Source: Neophaeotheca triangularis (lineage: Eukaryota). From it: a stretch of 64,000 nucleotides of DNA. The notes beneath the pieces were generated by a model. It searched no databases. It worked only from the letters and a program-made list of their open reading frames with translations, and was not told where the DNA came from. Shown one piece after another: positions 1 to 12,762 of this stretch. The stretch lies in contig BAAIJX010000023.1 of the NCBI GenBank assembly GCA_054600435.1, positions 124,001 through 188,000 of the forward strand. The letters run 5' to 3'. Position 1 is the first letter of the stretch; every line of letters starts with the position of its first letter. Both the position numbers and the translations under genes were made by a program.

Positions 1-652
1 GCAACCCAGTCCGCTGGACCTTCCTTGCAATCTGCGGCACCGACGACAGCGGCAACAACGCAAACTGCCGCTCCACGCAACCCGCGCTGCCCTTTGACCC
101 GCCCAACAACTTCGACACGGAGCAAGGCATCCCCGACACTTTCATCGGCACCAACAAATTCTACTACCTCAGCCGCTTCATGTTCGCCTTTTACCTGATC
201 GCCCTCTTCTTCGCCGTCGTCTCGCTCTTCGTCGGTGTGCTCGCGCTCTGCACGCGCCTTGGCTCCTATCTCTCCGGCTTCACCGTCTCCATCGCGCTCT
301 TCTTTCAGACCCTCGCAGCAGCGCTCATGACGTGCGTCTCCCCTACCCTGCCAAACCCCCTCGAACCCTGTCCCCCAACTAACACTCCTTCAGCGCCTGG
401 ACAGTCCAAGGCCGCAATGCCTTCCGCAGCAACGACGAATCCGCCCAACTCGGCCGCTACGCTTACGGCTTCACCTGGGCCGCCATGGCCTGTTTCCTCA
501 TCTGCACGGTCCTGTTCTGCATTGGCGGCCGCGCGGGCAAAGACAGCACGTATCAGAAGAAGAGCTATTTCGGCCGCAAGAGGAGTACGCGGAGTCGGGG
601 TAGCTTTGTTGACGGTGAGAGCCAGAGGAGGGTAAAGGATGAGTATGAGTGA
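1..652 (+). CDS. SUR7/PalI-family tetraspan membrane protein, 3' part (5' end outside window)
   Basis: Frame from base 3 reads NPVRWTFLAICG..C..PALPFDPP..F..YYLSRFMFAFYLIALFF. Intron 332-393 (GTGCGT..CTAAC..CAG) joins to AWTVQGRNAF..LGRYAYGFTWAA..RVKDEYE*, typical of fungal Sur7. Confidence 0.85.
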
Positions 653-1519
653 GGCAATGTTGAAAGGACAGGAGGAGGGTGGGAGGGTAGTTGTTTGATC
701 GGATTGGATACCCGTGCAAGAGCTACGCGACGCGATGTCACGGGTTGGGTTGGAAACGGAAATGGAATGGATGAAAATCAAATCGCGCGGAATCTCGTAA
801 CAAATCTCCGGTTGTTTTTTTCTAAACTTGCTTTTTTTCTTCTTTTTCTAAACGAACGCCGCTCGCACTGCCGTACCGACATGGGAAGAGGAGGGTGGTT
901 TTTTGTCGTCTCTTTTGCAAGCAAAGCCTGCTGGAATGTACGGATCATGTAGGGCTACGTATACTTAATGTCTCTTTTATACCTTGGCTCTTCTCGTTTC
1001 TCGTGCTAGCGAATGTCATGGGTCTTTTGGTCAATGGATGTGCGCACTCGGTTGCGGGTACTGGATTCGACTGGCTATCTAAAGGATTCGAGAGTTCGAT
1101 GGATGAGAAGAAGTACGATGGATGAAAAGAAGGGATGTGAGAGGCTCGGGACCGTGAATGCAACCGAGCAGTTCGAGTAGAGTGTCTAGCTTGCTGGAGC
1201 AAAAAACTGGAAAAAGGCCCGTCCGCCCGTATGGCCGCAGCTCGAAGAAAGCGTCGATGAGGTAGTTGATGCTTGCCCACGAAGTCAGACGGACGGAAGC
1301 TCCAGGCGGCGGCACTCTGTCCTCCTCACGTCAAAGGTTCCCTTCATCTGCTGCTGCGGCTTTTCCTTCCCGTGTTCGTAGCAAAGCACTGGAAAAGGAA
1401 ATCTCTCGCCATCCTGCCCTCGGGATTCACGTACCCCTTTGCCCTTTCCCTCTGCCCCTCACACGACGACCCCTCATACAACGCTCGCTACCTACCCTCC
1501 ACCCTCCTCCTAAAACCCC

Positions 1520-2719
1520 CTAGCAAGCGCCCCGACAATCCGACTCCCCCGCCTGCCGAAGCGGATGCTCCAACGCCGCTGCCCCCAAATGCGCCGGCGT
1601 CCTCTCAGCCGCCCCAACCCCGCCGCTATAACCCCGCCCCACCCCTTCCTCCTTCCCGTCCTCTCCCGCGGTTTTCGCGCGTTCCAGGAACTTGCTGCTC
1701 GGGCACGTGCACCATCCGGTGCATTCGCAGGGGTTCCACAGTTGGCGGAATTCTTCGCGCGTGAGCGGCGTGGCGGGGGTGTAGGGGTTGGTTCCTTTTG
1801 CTGTGGCTGGGGGAGGGGAGAGCGAGGGCGAGGGCGAGGGCGAGTGCGAGGATGGGGTCGGGCTGGCCGGCTTGGTCGTGGCGAGGCTTGGGTGGTCGGG
1901 AGGGGGTGTGGGGCTGCTGGATGTGGTGGTGGGTGACGCGTGGTCGGTGGTTTCGGCCAAGGTGGCGGTGATGGGGGCGCTGAGGGAAGCGGGTTCGACG
2001 CCAAAGGGGGTCGACGAGGCCTCGATTTCGTCGCTTGTGGGTTCGTCGGAAGAGATTGATATGGGCGAGCCTTCGTCGGTCGTAGCGTCACCCTCGCTCA
2101 TGTCGGCGTCGTCTCCTTCCTCTTCTTCACCCAACCCCAAAGCATCACCATCCTCGTCTCCCTCTTCATCCTCCTCCTCCTCATTCCCCATCCCCAACCC
2201 GTCTTCCGCCACCCTGATCCTCTCAACCGCCACCACCTTCTCCCTCCTCCCTACCTCGGTCCCCAAATCGCCCAAAATGACCTTCCAAACCCGACTCCCC
2301 CGGGGCCGCTTGTGCTCCGTAAACTGCATCCTCACGCTGTCGGCCTCGAGCGCGGTGCCAAAAACACGGTTGAAAAGCTTCGCGATAAGCGGCCAGACGC
2401 TCATCTCGGTGCCGTGTTTTTGCGCCAGGTAGTAGACCAAGACTCGCTGTTCGCGGGTCCAGGAGTGGTTTTTGGACTTGTTTTTGTGTTTGGGGCGGTT
2501 GGTGGTGCTAGACTGGTGGGGGCTTTTAGCTTGTGGGGTTTGGGTGGAGCGGGTTACGGGGGGCTGCTTGGGAGCGATGCTGACGGGGATGTTGGTGCCG
2601 TTTTCTTTGGATTTGGTTAAGGTGGTTGGCGAGGTGGAGATTGGGTCTTTGGGGCCGGAGGTGGTGGTGGGATGCTGCTCCTCCTCCTCCAAGTCGCTGA
2701 GGGAAGAGGACGACGACAT
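1520..2719 (-). CDS. Hypothetical protein with a Myb/SANT-like helical segment, acidic tract and Ser/Pro/Thr-rich regions
   Basis: Long ORF with likely ATG at 2719 (MSSSSS). Segment WTREQRVLVYYL..WPLIAKLFNRVFG..SVRMQF resembles a Myb-like helix-turn-helix repeat. Confidence 0.6.
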   Translation of the reverse strand: MSSSSSLSDLEEEEQHPTTTSGPKDPISTSPTTLTKSKENGTNIPVSIAPKQPPVTRSTQTPQAKSPHQSSTTNRPKHKNKSKNHSWTREQRVLVYYLAQKHGTEMSVWPLIAKLFNRVFGTALEADSVRMQFTEHKRPRGSRVWKVILGDLGTEVGRREKVVAVERIRVAEDGLGMGNEEEEDEEGDEDGDALGLGEEEEGDDADMSEGDATTDEGSPISISSDEPTSDEIEASSTPFGVEPASLSAPITATLAETTDHASPTTTSSSPTPPPDHPSLATTKPASPTPSSHSPSPSPSLSPPPATAKGTNPYTPATPLTREEFRQLWNPCECTGWCTCPSSKFLERAKTAGEDGKEEGVGRGYSGGVGAAERTPAHLGAAALEHPLRQAGESDCRGAC

Positions 2720-3713
2720 GGTTGAAGTGCGGTTCTGCGGTAGCTTGGGTTTAGGAGAGCCGCTGGGAGTAGTGAGGGTGCAATGTGAAGGTGGAGTGAG
2801 CTCTTCAGTTGAACTTGAAAGAGAGTTGTGAACGGTATTAAAATGCAATGGTTGTTCAAGTGAGAAGCTTCGGCGATGGGTGGGTGTTTTCTGGGAAGAC
2901 GATACAAGTGAGAATGTGCTCGAGCGTCGGAGTGGTAACTGGTAAAGTTGTGAGTTACGAGGCCTACGTCACCAGTCCCGTTTATCCACTCATAAGGCAC
3001 CCATGACAGCCAACGACAGACCATTCACTGCAATTGGCTTGTTCAGTGCGAGGACGGCAACTATGTTTCAAGAAACCAAGGTGAGAAAAATGTTCACCTA
3101 TGAGTCGGAATGATTTCGTGGTCAAGGGGTATCCTACAGGTCTATTTTTCTCCTGACTGACACTAGCTAGCTCATCACCAGGGAGAGTAGAGGCTTCGCC
3201 TATTTTAATCGATAGATGTTCCGGCCGCATAACATCGACTGGTTGACAGCTACTGAGGCTTATCCATGGATCCTATCGATTTGGAACTGTGCAATGCTCC
3301 CGCTGAACCAGGCTCCCGCTCAAGCAAGAGATATGCCAGTGATGGACTGCCAGGAGAAAGCTGGGCTGCCCTCTTTTCCGTGATTTACCTAGTTGGAAAT
3401 CAGCGATTGGTCCTCAGCTTCGTGCCAACAGCTGGTAGTTTCGGTTCGAGAGCTGCTGGCTGTTGTGTCCAAGGGTAAGGATCGGATGGAAATTAGTTGG
3501 AAGGCGTCGGATACACGATGCGCTATCCTTCTCTCTCGTATTTGATTGCGCTTTGATTCGTAATGCTCCATGGCAGGGGGTTCGGACCGCTCTTCGGAGG
3601 CCAAGCTGGCATCGGACAGGAATGTAATGGAGTTGCCAATTCTGTAACGAAATCTATCGTAACGCTGATTCGCATGTAGTTTGCTGTCGTGAACCCGTCT
3701 TCTACATTCGTGA

Positions 3714-4310
3714 TCAACGTCGAACGGCGATACCAGAACCATGGGCAAGTTCGCCAGCAGCAATCGTCCACTCTCGGATTACCGGATGCGCAGCAGCCAC
3801 TTCTTCAAACGAGATCGCTCCCTCCTGATCCTGACCGGGCACATCATACAACCACACCCCATCGCCGCCAAAGTAAGCCTTGTCGAAAAGTTTCTCCATC
3901 TTAAGCTCTTCTTGAGCAATCTGCAACTTCTGCTTGGCCTTTGTAGAAGAGTCTTCTTCACCGGAAGGTGTGGCGGGACCGCCAGTTCTCATTGCAAGAG
4001 CGCGATGCACACCGTCCAGAACACCTAGACACCATCCGACTTTCAATCCCATCTCGGCACCCAGGCTGTAGCCTTCATCGAAGCCGGCTTGGATGTGTTG
4101 GTCTTTACTCTGGGCAATGCCTTCACGGTAGCCATTTGTCACGTGCGTGGTTCGCAGACGGCGAATATCAGAGCTTTCGTTGGCTAGAGCTGACGATTCT
4201 CCATGATTGCCGTCGGCAGGAGATGCAGGAGAAGTTGGAGAAGAGCCAAAAACGTCGTCGAGGGGGTCGACGTATGGTCTGGCTTCGTCGGTAGTCATGT
4301 CGGCGTCCAT
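3714..4310 (-). CDS. YAE1: Yae1 (Fe-S assembly adaptor, Yae1_N domain)
   Basis: DPLDDVFGSSP..SDIRRLRTTHVTNGYREGIAQSK..QAGFDEGYSLGA..G..LG: the GX3 repeat pattern of Yae1. ATG at 4310. Confidence 0.85.
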   Translation of the reverse strand: MDADMTTDEARPYVDPLDDVFGSSPTSPASPADGNHGESSALANESSDIRRLRTTHVTNGYREGIAQSKDQHIQAGFDEGYSLGAEMGLKVGWCLGVLDGVHRALAMRTGGPATPSGEEDSSTKAKQKLQIAQEELKMEKLFDKAYFGGDGVWLYDVPGQDQEGAISFEEVAAAHPVIREWTIAAGELAHGSGIAVRR

Positions 4311-5022
4311 GGTCACGTGTGCATCTTGCTCGTGGCTATAGATGGAAGGGATTTCCCGGAGCATAACTTGGTGTGCGTATACGATAGGTAGGTAATCAAC
4401 GCTCAGCTTCGACGATACGTCTTTTGGCTCGCAGACCTCGGGCCTCACAAAGTACAGCAGTACTTGTATCAGAAGGGATGCTTTGACACCAAAGTACGAG
4501 GTGAGGTCGAAAAACACAATCGGAAGGTCGGGACCGAGTCCGAAGCCAGCAACCCGGAAGGTTTCGATCGTCACCCCGCATCCGCATCCGCGCGACAGGC
4601 CTCCACGCGACAGGACGGGATGGCAAGCTGGAGTGCTCTCTCGGCGGAATCATCCCATGTTCGTGACGGCGAGCTTACCATGTCTTGCCCGCCTATTTGC
4701 TGAACACCTCAACGACACGCAAAGCCGACTACGCCCGACTGCCTCGTATTGTTGCATTGTACATATCTCGCTACCGTGTTATCCCATAATTGCGCTGCAG
4801 CACGCGCAAAGAACAGCTCCGCAACTCGAACCGTGGACCTAGAGCTGCCTACTCTGCTCGACTTCTTTCAAGGTCGAGACACAGCTTGTATCGACCACAG
4901 AGGCCCAGGCGGGTTGCCGGCAGACTCTGCAGTCTCCCCGCCATTAATCGCAGGGTGAAAGCCGTGTGCGAACGCTACTGGAAGGCTGGGAAAAGGACAG
5001 CTCGAATGGGAGTAAGAGGATC

Positions 5023-6898
5023 ATGGCCTCGCCAGTGACGGATCGCAATGGTGGCCTTGATGGAAAGAAAGACGCGGCAACCCCCAGGGTCGAGCAGACT
5101 ACACAGAATTCACCAAAGCGCAAAGCTTCCGAAGTGAGCCAGGATAAGCCGGATACTGGGACTGGCAAGAAGAAGAGGCGCAAGGTCAATCATGCATGCG
5201 TCTACTGCCGCCGTTCGCACATGACTTGCGACCTGGAGAGACCATGCGCTCGGTGTGTGAAGAGAGACATTGGCCATCTTTGTCACGACGAGCCAAGGGA
5301 CCCACCGAAGAGAGGGAAGAGTGACGCTGGCCAGGCAGACATCGCCCCTGCGCCCGAAGGCAACGAATTGAAGCCAGAGCTTGCACCTGCTGGGCAAGTG
5401 AATGCGCAGGGAAACGGAGACATGACTCTTGCACAAGCCAATGGTGCCAATGGCGGTGGGCCACAGATCGCACAACCAGTGCCTGTCTCGCCTACCCAGC
5501 TTCAGCAAGCACCTGGGATGAACGCTGCGAGAAATATTGGGATGAGTTACGACTGGAATAATAGCGGCGTGCAGAATCAGTTCCAGGATATGCACCATTT
5601 GCATCCGAACTACATGTTCAACACGTCCGAGGTCACCAACGAGTATAACTTACTCAACGACTTTCTCAGTACCTCCCTCCTGGATGAAGGCGCGCTCTAC
5701 AACGACGATACTCAAGCGCTGTTCAACGACCCTCTTTTGGCAACCTCTTCTATCAACGCTCTCAGTAACACTATGGGTCAACAGGGAAATGCCAATACCC
5801 AAAACCAGCAGCAACCTCAGCAGCCACAGCAGACTCACCAACAGCAGCAGCAGCAGCCGCCGCCGCAACAGCAACAGCAACAGCAACAGCAACCGCCCGC
5901 AAACCTCATGCAACTTCCGCCTCAGCCACCGACTTCATCAGAAATTTCACGTCCTCCATCAACATATCCAGTAGATTCTCGCGCTCGCGACAAATTCTAC
6001 ATGACAGCCGCCGACCCAGCCGGACTTTCCAGCGCCGAAGATCGTTTACACAAACTCCTCAAAGCCAAGTACGACGCAGGAATGCTCAAACCGTTCAACT
6101 ACGTCAAAGGTTACGCCCGACTCAACACATACATGGAACGCAACATCAGCCGCGACAGCCGGGTGCGCATCTTACGACAACTGGAACGTTTCCGACCAAA
6201 GTTCCGAGAAGCGATGCAGACTTTGACGGACATGCAGCTCGTACTGGTGGAAATGTGGTTCGAAAGGAGTCTGATGGAATACGACCGGGTCTTCGCAAGC
6301 ATGGCAATCCCAGCATGTTGCTGGCGAAGAACAGGCGAAATCTTCCGCGGCAACAGAGAAATGGCGGAACTAATCAACGTGCCGTGGGAGAAACTGCGAG
6401 ACGTACGTCCCACCAACCCTACACGACACAACCACTCCATACTCAATCTGTACCGCACTAACTCCACCACCCCTGCAGGGCAAACTCGCCATCCACGAAA
6501 TCATCGCCGAAGACTCCCTCGTTTCGTACTGGGAGAAATTCGGCGCCATCGCTTTCGACAATAGCCAGAAAGCCATCCTCACCTCTTGCAATCTCAAATA
6601 CCCCACTCAGACGCCCGAGAGCGAGCTCCAGCCGCCTTCGACTTCTGCTTCCGAGGGCGATAAGGACAAGGCCGAGGCAGCGCTTGCAAACACTAAGCGC
6701 GAGACTGTGAGGTGTTGCTTTTCGTTTACGATTCGGAGGGATCCGCATAATATGTAAGTGCTTAACTTTCTTCATCAAGCAGCAAGCTGTGGCGAAAGTT
6801 GGAGGGGTTTTTTTTTTTTTTGGCTATGCTGACTCAAATTTTCTAGACCCGCGCTGATTGTTGGCAATTTTCTTCCCGTGAAGCGGATGGGACGCTAG
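5023..6898 (+). CDS. acuM: Zn2Cys6 gluconeogenesis transcription factor AcuM/Rds2 with C-terminal PAS-like domain
   Basis: KKRRKVNHACVYCRRSHMTCDLERPCARCVKRDIGHLC and LKPFNYVKGYARL..PACCWRRTGEIFRGN. Introns 6403-6478 and 6754-6846 restore GKLAIHE..CCFSFTIRRD..PALIVGNFLP. Confidence 0.9.
5805..5892 (+). repeat. CAG/CAA trinucleotide tract encoding poly-Gln/Pro inside acuM
   Basis: Interrupted (CAG)n and (CAGCAA)n runs translate as QQQPQQPQQTHQQQQQQPPPQQQQQQQQQ. Confidence 0.9.
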
Positions 6899-7025
6899 AG
6901 ACGGGAGGTCAGGGCGTGTCGCTGCAGCGACGAAATGCATCTCAGCATAGCCAGCGCACGAAATGTGCTAGCAGTAAATAGCAGCAATCATACCCGCATG
7001 CGTCGCCCACGCTCTCGTTCAGATT

Positions 7026-8160
7026 TCAAACACTCTCAGGCCGTGTCGACAGTAGGCATATTGTCTCAGGGCGATGGTCCTTTTCAGTATTGGTGTACCA
7101 TCCCTCGTTAATGAGACCCTGCTCGGCGTCCCGCCACTTGGGTATCTTGTCGGGCGACTTGAAGTCCAGATCCCCCAGTCTTGCTTCGAAACTTGCTTCC
7201 TTGCCCTCGCCTGACTTCAGCACGAACAGCGTGCAGTCCCGTAGAGTCATGGCCTTGCACAGCCCCTCGATGGCTTCCGGACTACGTACAACGAAAGTCA
7301 GCAGCTTCCCTCACAAATCCTTTCACATACACGCCAAAGAAACCTGAAGAAATACAAACAAGAAGAAGAGAAACCCACCCGTCCCCCACGCCCAAAACGC
7401 CCTCCAAATCCAACCCCTTCTGCCTCCCCCTCAATCCCTCCAGCACCTCCCTCCCCTCACCCCCCTCCCCGGTCAGAAACCCCACAACGCCATCATCCCC
7501 ATCCACAAACCCCCCAACAACCGCCCTCCTAACCCCCTCATCCCGACTCACAAACCCCAGCACGCAACCCCCCTGCGCATCCGTAGCCGTCCGCACCCCT
7601 CTCCCCGCTCTCCGGGCCCTCAACGCACAAGTCCTGCACCGCTTAGCTCCCGCGGGCGCATTCGGGGACTGGGAAAGCCATTTCGGTTTCAGCTGGTAGA
7701 GCTTCTGGGTTTTTGGGTCGCGGGGCGTCATGGAAGTGACCAGGAGCCCGTAGCCGTCGTCCTGGGCTATGGAGTCGGCGGAACGGGTGGAGGGGCGGGT
7801 TGGCAGGGCGTGGAGAGTTTGGTTCAGCTGGGAGAGGAGAGTGGGGGATGTTGCTATGGGGGTTTGGAGGAGGAGGTTTTGAGCGGGGAAGAGCGGGGTG
7901 AAGTGGGTTTGGTGGAGGGTTTGGTGGGTTTGGGTTGAGGGGAGGTGGGGAAGGGCTTTGTGGAGGCGGAGGAGTTTGTTTTCGAGGATGGAGGGGAGGG
8001 GGTGAGAGGGGGAGGTGGGGTTGAGGGTGTAGAGGATGTTGGCGCCGCCTTCGTTTAGGTAGGTCAGGGTTAGGGAGTGCGAGGGCGGGGCTTGGAAATT
8101 GTGAGGGTGGAGGGTCGGTTGCGAGGTTGAGTCGTATGTAAGGGTGGCTTGGATGGACAT
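7026..8160 (-). CDS. IPK1: Inositol-pentakisphosphate 2-kinase
   Basis: YLNEGGANILY, KLLRLHK, LKPKWLSQSPNAP..RCRTCAL. After intron 7282-7378: AMTLRDCTLF..RLGDLDFK..WRDAEQGLINEGWY. Confidence 0.85.
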
Positions 8161-8605
8161 GTTGAGGTTTCGTCTTGCGATGCTTGTTTGATGCTCTGTC
8201 TGTCGCTGGAGGAGATGAGTCTTTGGCGAATGGTAGCCAGGGTGAGCTAGATCGAGTCGGTGTCGGGATCGAACCACTTCAATGGACGTGCTCCAAGTTG
8301 TTCGAGATAGACCAGTTTGTCGATTCTTCGACTGCTCTTATACTGGACGTGACTTGATACGCGGTCTTCTCACAATTACCGTTACTGTCGTTGTTGCTGC
8401 TGTACAAGACAAAAAAGACACACCCAAATGAAAGCGACGTGTGGGCAATATATGGATACTTCCATCTCACAGCTCCCCAGCCCCACTCTCCAAGCAGCCT
8501 CACAAACTCACGACACCACATGTCCGGCCCAGATCTTCAAATCAAACCCCTCAACATCCATAACCCATGGAAACATCGCCCCAACTCCAAAATCTAGCCA
8601 GAAGA

Positions 8606-9221
8606 ATGTCCGAAGGCGATCCAACAAAACTGCCAACACCGGCATCATGTACTGCAGGTAAAATCAACCTCTCCGTCTCACCGTGAACATCTCGAAACCC
8701 AGTCCAAGTCGAGGCACCCGAATCTACACCGATGCACGATTAAAGCCGATACTGATCGTTGATGGCGCAACGATAGATTTCTGCCTGATTCCCCTAGGCA
8801 CGCCCACAGCAAGCGTCTCCAGGGAAGTCGCCCAAGTCCAAAAACTGCTGAAGAAATCCGGCATCAAGTATACCATGCACAGTGCCGGGACTACTCTAGG
8901 TACGTTTTGAACCAAGAAAAAAAAACACCCTCCTCCCTTCGTAATTCAACCTCTCGTCTCAATCCCATTCATACAACCCCTCAATCCTCCTCTACCAACC
9001 CTCCTTCCAACTTCATATTAACACCCCAAACAGAAGGCTCCTGGGACGACTGCCTCCGAGTGATAGGCCAATGCCATAGCATGCTGCACGCCAACGGTGT
9101 GGTTCGGATTCAATCGGACATCCGGGTCGGGTCAAGGACGGATAAGAAACAGACGACGGAAGACAAAGTGGCGGCGGTGGAGAAGTTGTTGCGGGAAGGG
9201 GATGGGTCGGGGGAGAGCTAG
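8606..9221 (+). CDS. ECM15: Ecm15 / thiamine-binding (UPF0045) family protein
   Basis: Introns 8658-8776 and 8900-9033 give CTADFCLIPLGTPTASVSREVAQVQ..MHSAGTTLEGSWD..H..GVVRIQSDIRVGSRTDKKQ. Alternative in-frame ATG at 8567. Confidence 0.85.
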
Positions 9222-9624
9222 TTGTGACTGTAGTAGTGGGGAGAATGGGCTTGGGTGGGTTTCAGAATGGGATCAAGGTGGAGGAAAGCGGCGGTAGGTT
9301 TTTGTTGATGGACATTTGGGGTAGATTATTATGATACATTGCCCCTTGGTATATAGCCTACTTCACTTATTGATGCGCCAGTTTGTCGGGGCGGGATACC
9401 CGGTTTGCTTTCCTTAGCCGAGCCTTGTTTCCCGGGCTTTCATTAGTACCTATACCGTTTCGCCATGACTTCCGCTCCCGCTCATTATGGAAGAAACCCG
9501 TGTTTACAACCACGCCAGTGACTCTAGACCAACATATTTAACACCCAGGAACCGCAGCGTATTCGCCCGCTGTAAAAATCAAAACCAAAAAGCAAGTACG
9601 CCAACGCTGCGTTCGAGAATTCGC

Positions 9625-12036
9625 TCAATCAAACCCTCCCGGCAACTTGCTCTGCCCGCTATTGCTCTTCGCTTCCATAGCCCGGATGCGCTCTTGAATG
9701 GCAGAGGGCCTTCGCTTCGGTTGCACGGGCTTGTCGTCTTCAGTGGCTGTAGCCGGGGACTGAGGTTCGTTGATGACGGGCACTTGCGTCTCGGCGGGTG
9801 TCTGAGCCGACTGTTCTTCCACTGCGGACTCGTCGTTCGTTGGAGGCACGTCGGCATTCGTTTCGGGATTCGGGTCGCTGGAAGTTTCGGCAGCGATCTC
9901 AGTGGTAACGTTGACCATACTCGTATCCTCTGAAACGGTGGGGGTCGCTGCCGAGACGATGGGCGTATTCGCGTCCTTGGAAGCGGCCATGTCGCTCTCA
10001 AGTTGTGCTGAAGCTTCGGCTTGCTCGTTCGGCGTGGTCGCCGCAGTCTGCTCCGGCGGCGTAACAGGCTCTCCACTCTTAGGTCTCTCCGCTCGCCTCT
10101 CCGGCGCATCGACAGCAACGGGCTCCACCTCTTCGCTGGTAGTGCTTAAATCCTTACTAACCAAAACAGGCGAGGCCCCCACCCCTTGATCAGCCCCGAC
10201 CGACTGATCAACACTCGCTCTGACACTCTTCATTCCCACAACGCTCCCATCCTTACCCACCTTATCCACGAACCCTGGGACCACGCCCCCGCCCAATCTA
10301 GCCCAGAACATCCTCTCTCTCAACCGCGTAGCCTCTTCCCAAGCCCCTTTACGCTCCTCCTCAGTCTCAGCCCGCCAATGCCCATCACGCACCATCCTCA
10401 AAAACCCGACAAAATCCCCCGTTGCCCTGACTCGGTTGAGACAGTAGTCGCACAACGGATACCGCTGCGCGCTCTCCTCCTCGCTAGTCCTGAAACGGTA
10501 TTTCCGCACATATGGTTCGTTCTTACGCGCTTCACCGCACAGAGCGCAAGCGAAGACAGGGCCGTAGAATTTGGCATGAGCGGCAAAAGGTTCGACAACG
10601 AGAGTGCCCTGGAGGAGCGAAGACAACACGGAGCGTCGAGATAGGAAACTCAGGCCTGGTGCTAGATCCAGGCGAAGCGTGGGTTCGAGGTCTTCGACGA
10701 CTGCGCGTTTGTAGAATTTGCTCTCCTTGAGGGGTGGTACTATCGGCTGTTGGCTGCTCGATTGCGGGCTTGAGGATGCGGAGAAGGAGAAGGCGCCGGG
10801 CAAGCTGGGGGAGTAGCCACTATAGGTGCTCGTCGGCGCGGCTGTGCTGGTCTGATTTTGTGACGTGGAGGCTAGATTGTTTGTGCTGCTGCTGCCGGAG
10901 CGCGAATGCGGTAGAGCTTTCCGAGCGGTCAGCAAGAGATCCTGGAAATCGGTGTAGGCGTGCACATCGGTGCGCATAACGGGAGTGAGGAGTTGGGAGA
11001 AGCGTAGGGGATGATCGGGCGCAATCTCTGTAGATCCTGGCGCCGTAGGAGACAACTGCAGAGCGTCAAAGAGAGCAGTAGCCTGACTGATCGGGGTAGA
11101 CGGAACACTGCTATCTCTAGCAGCTGACTCAGCCTCGTCTCGTTCCGACATGCGCTCCATGGTATGCTTGAGATCCTGCAGCTGCTCCTGCTGCGAAGCC
11201 AACAACACCTCCGTATCCTGAATCTGGCTCTTGAGTTGGCTGTTCTTCTTCTCCATAGCCTCAGTGTCTCTCCTCGCCGCCGCAACCATAGTATTGGCCT
11301 CCTCGAACAACGCCGTGGTCAAGTTCTCCAACTCCCCGTCCGTCTGCTTCTTCGCCTTCTCCGCCACTTCTCTCGCCGCGCGCTCAGTAGCAACTTCAGC
11401 GCGGAGTCTCGCGATAGTCTTATCCACCTCCGTCCTCCGCATCAAAGCCCCGGAAGCAACCATATCATCCAAGAACTTCTTCTCCGCCGCCAGCCTCGCG
11501 CTCTTCTTCTGCTCCTGTTCCAACTCATGTCTAGTCTGCTGCAGCGAGTCGTCCAGGTTTGTCTGATAGTTGATCGCATTGACGAGCTTCGTGCTAAGCA
11601 TCGCGACCTCGGAACTCAAGTCGGTTCCGTTTGCTTCGGCGCTGCTGTCGTGACTGCCGCTTCGTGGCACCGGGGAGGGCGTGCGCGTGTCCATGATCCT
11701 GTCATTCCGCGGATTCGCGCTGCTCAAGGACTGTTGCTGCTGCGGCGGCATGACTACGGTCATTTTGCCGTCTTCGCCGACCTTCTCCGCCAGATGGGTT
11801 GTCGAGGAGCTCTTAACTAGTCGAGGTGCCGGCGATTGCGATCTTCGGTTCGGGGAGATAGGATTCGGGGTGACTGATCGAGTGAGAGTGGAAGGTCGCG
11901 AGGTAGTCGCTGATTTAGTCAGGGAAGGGCCATGGGGGCCCAAGCCACTGACGAACAAGTAGCTGCAGATGGGGAAAAGAAGATGTGAGTGAATGTCCAC
12001 GGGGTGAATGATTGCGCGAGGAACCTACTCAGCCAG
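9625..12036 (-). CDS. SEC2: Rab GDP/GTP exchange factor Sec2
   Basis: Coiled coil with ELENLTTALFEEANTMVAAAR, EDLEPTLRLDLAPGLSFLSRR, CALCGE, CDYCLNRVR, LRERMFWARLG. Intron 11963-12028. Start codon uncertain (see findings). Confidence 0.9.
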
Positions 12037-12762
12037 CGTGGGTGGTTGTTTTCAGCAAACGCGATTGTTTGTATACAAAGTACAAGGCGTAGCACCGAGT
12101 TGCTACGTCCGCGTGTTGGCTCAAGCAGGCGGCTAATCTTGGACGAGTAATTTAGAATGGCTGCATGGGTGTTGCGCAGGGAGGTCGTTTAGATTCAAGG
12201 GGGGTCTGTCAATTGCGATGGGGCCGCAAGGGTATAATCGCCTGAAGAATCGAGAGAGACAATGTGAGACGCAAAGAGGGACAAAGAGCAAGCAAATGTC
12301 TCGGGCGAGATGATGGGCATGTCCTCGTCCGGCTGAATGCCAAGCTCCGGTCAGCTAGGTACTAGCAGCTGGCGGGCGTTGTGATTAGGTATTGTCGTTG
12401 GAGCCGCTTCCGTCATCAAATGGCCCTTTCACCGAACCGTTAAGAGTTGAAACCTTCGATTTACTACTGCCTTTACTATCATATAGATCATGGCTATCTG
12501 GATAGTATTTACGGGCAGCAATGGCAAAGTCATGCCCAAGAGACTGGACACGCTCATGAAGTTGAAGAAACCTATCCCAGAAACCCGAAATATCCTTCCT
12601 TCCTCTTTGAACAGTCGAGCGATAGTTTCCACTAAATTTAGCATGGCTATCGGGTCCTCACTCGCTCGGCCGTGAAGATTCCATGCTACATTCGAGCTTT
12701 CTCCAAGAATCTTCACGAACCTTCGCCATGGCAAGAGTGCCCATCCACCCGTCTTTGCAGAA

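Noticed and set aside
305..2831. Numerous overlapping Pro/Gly/Arg-rich ORFs on both strands
   Set aside because: Shadow frames of the SUR7-like and 1520-2719 genes caused by GC-rich, skewed sequence.
12000..12000. ORF-track GTG start for SEC2
   Set aside because: Falls inside an intron with clear donor, branch point and acceptor.
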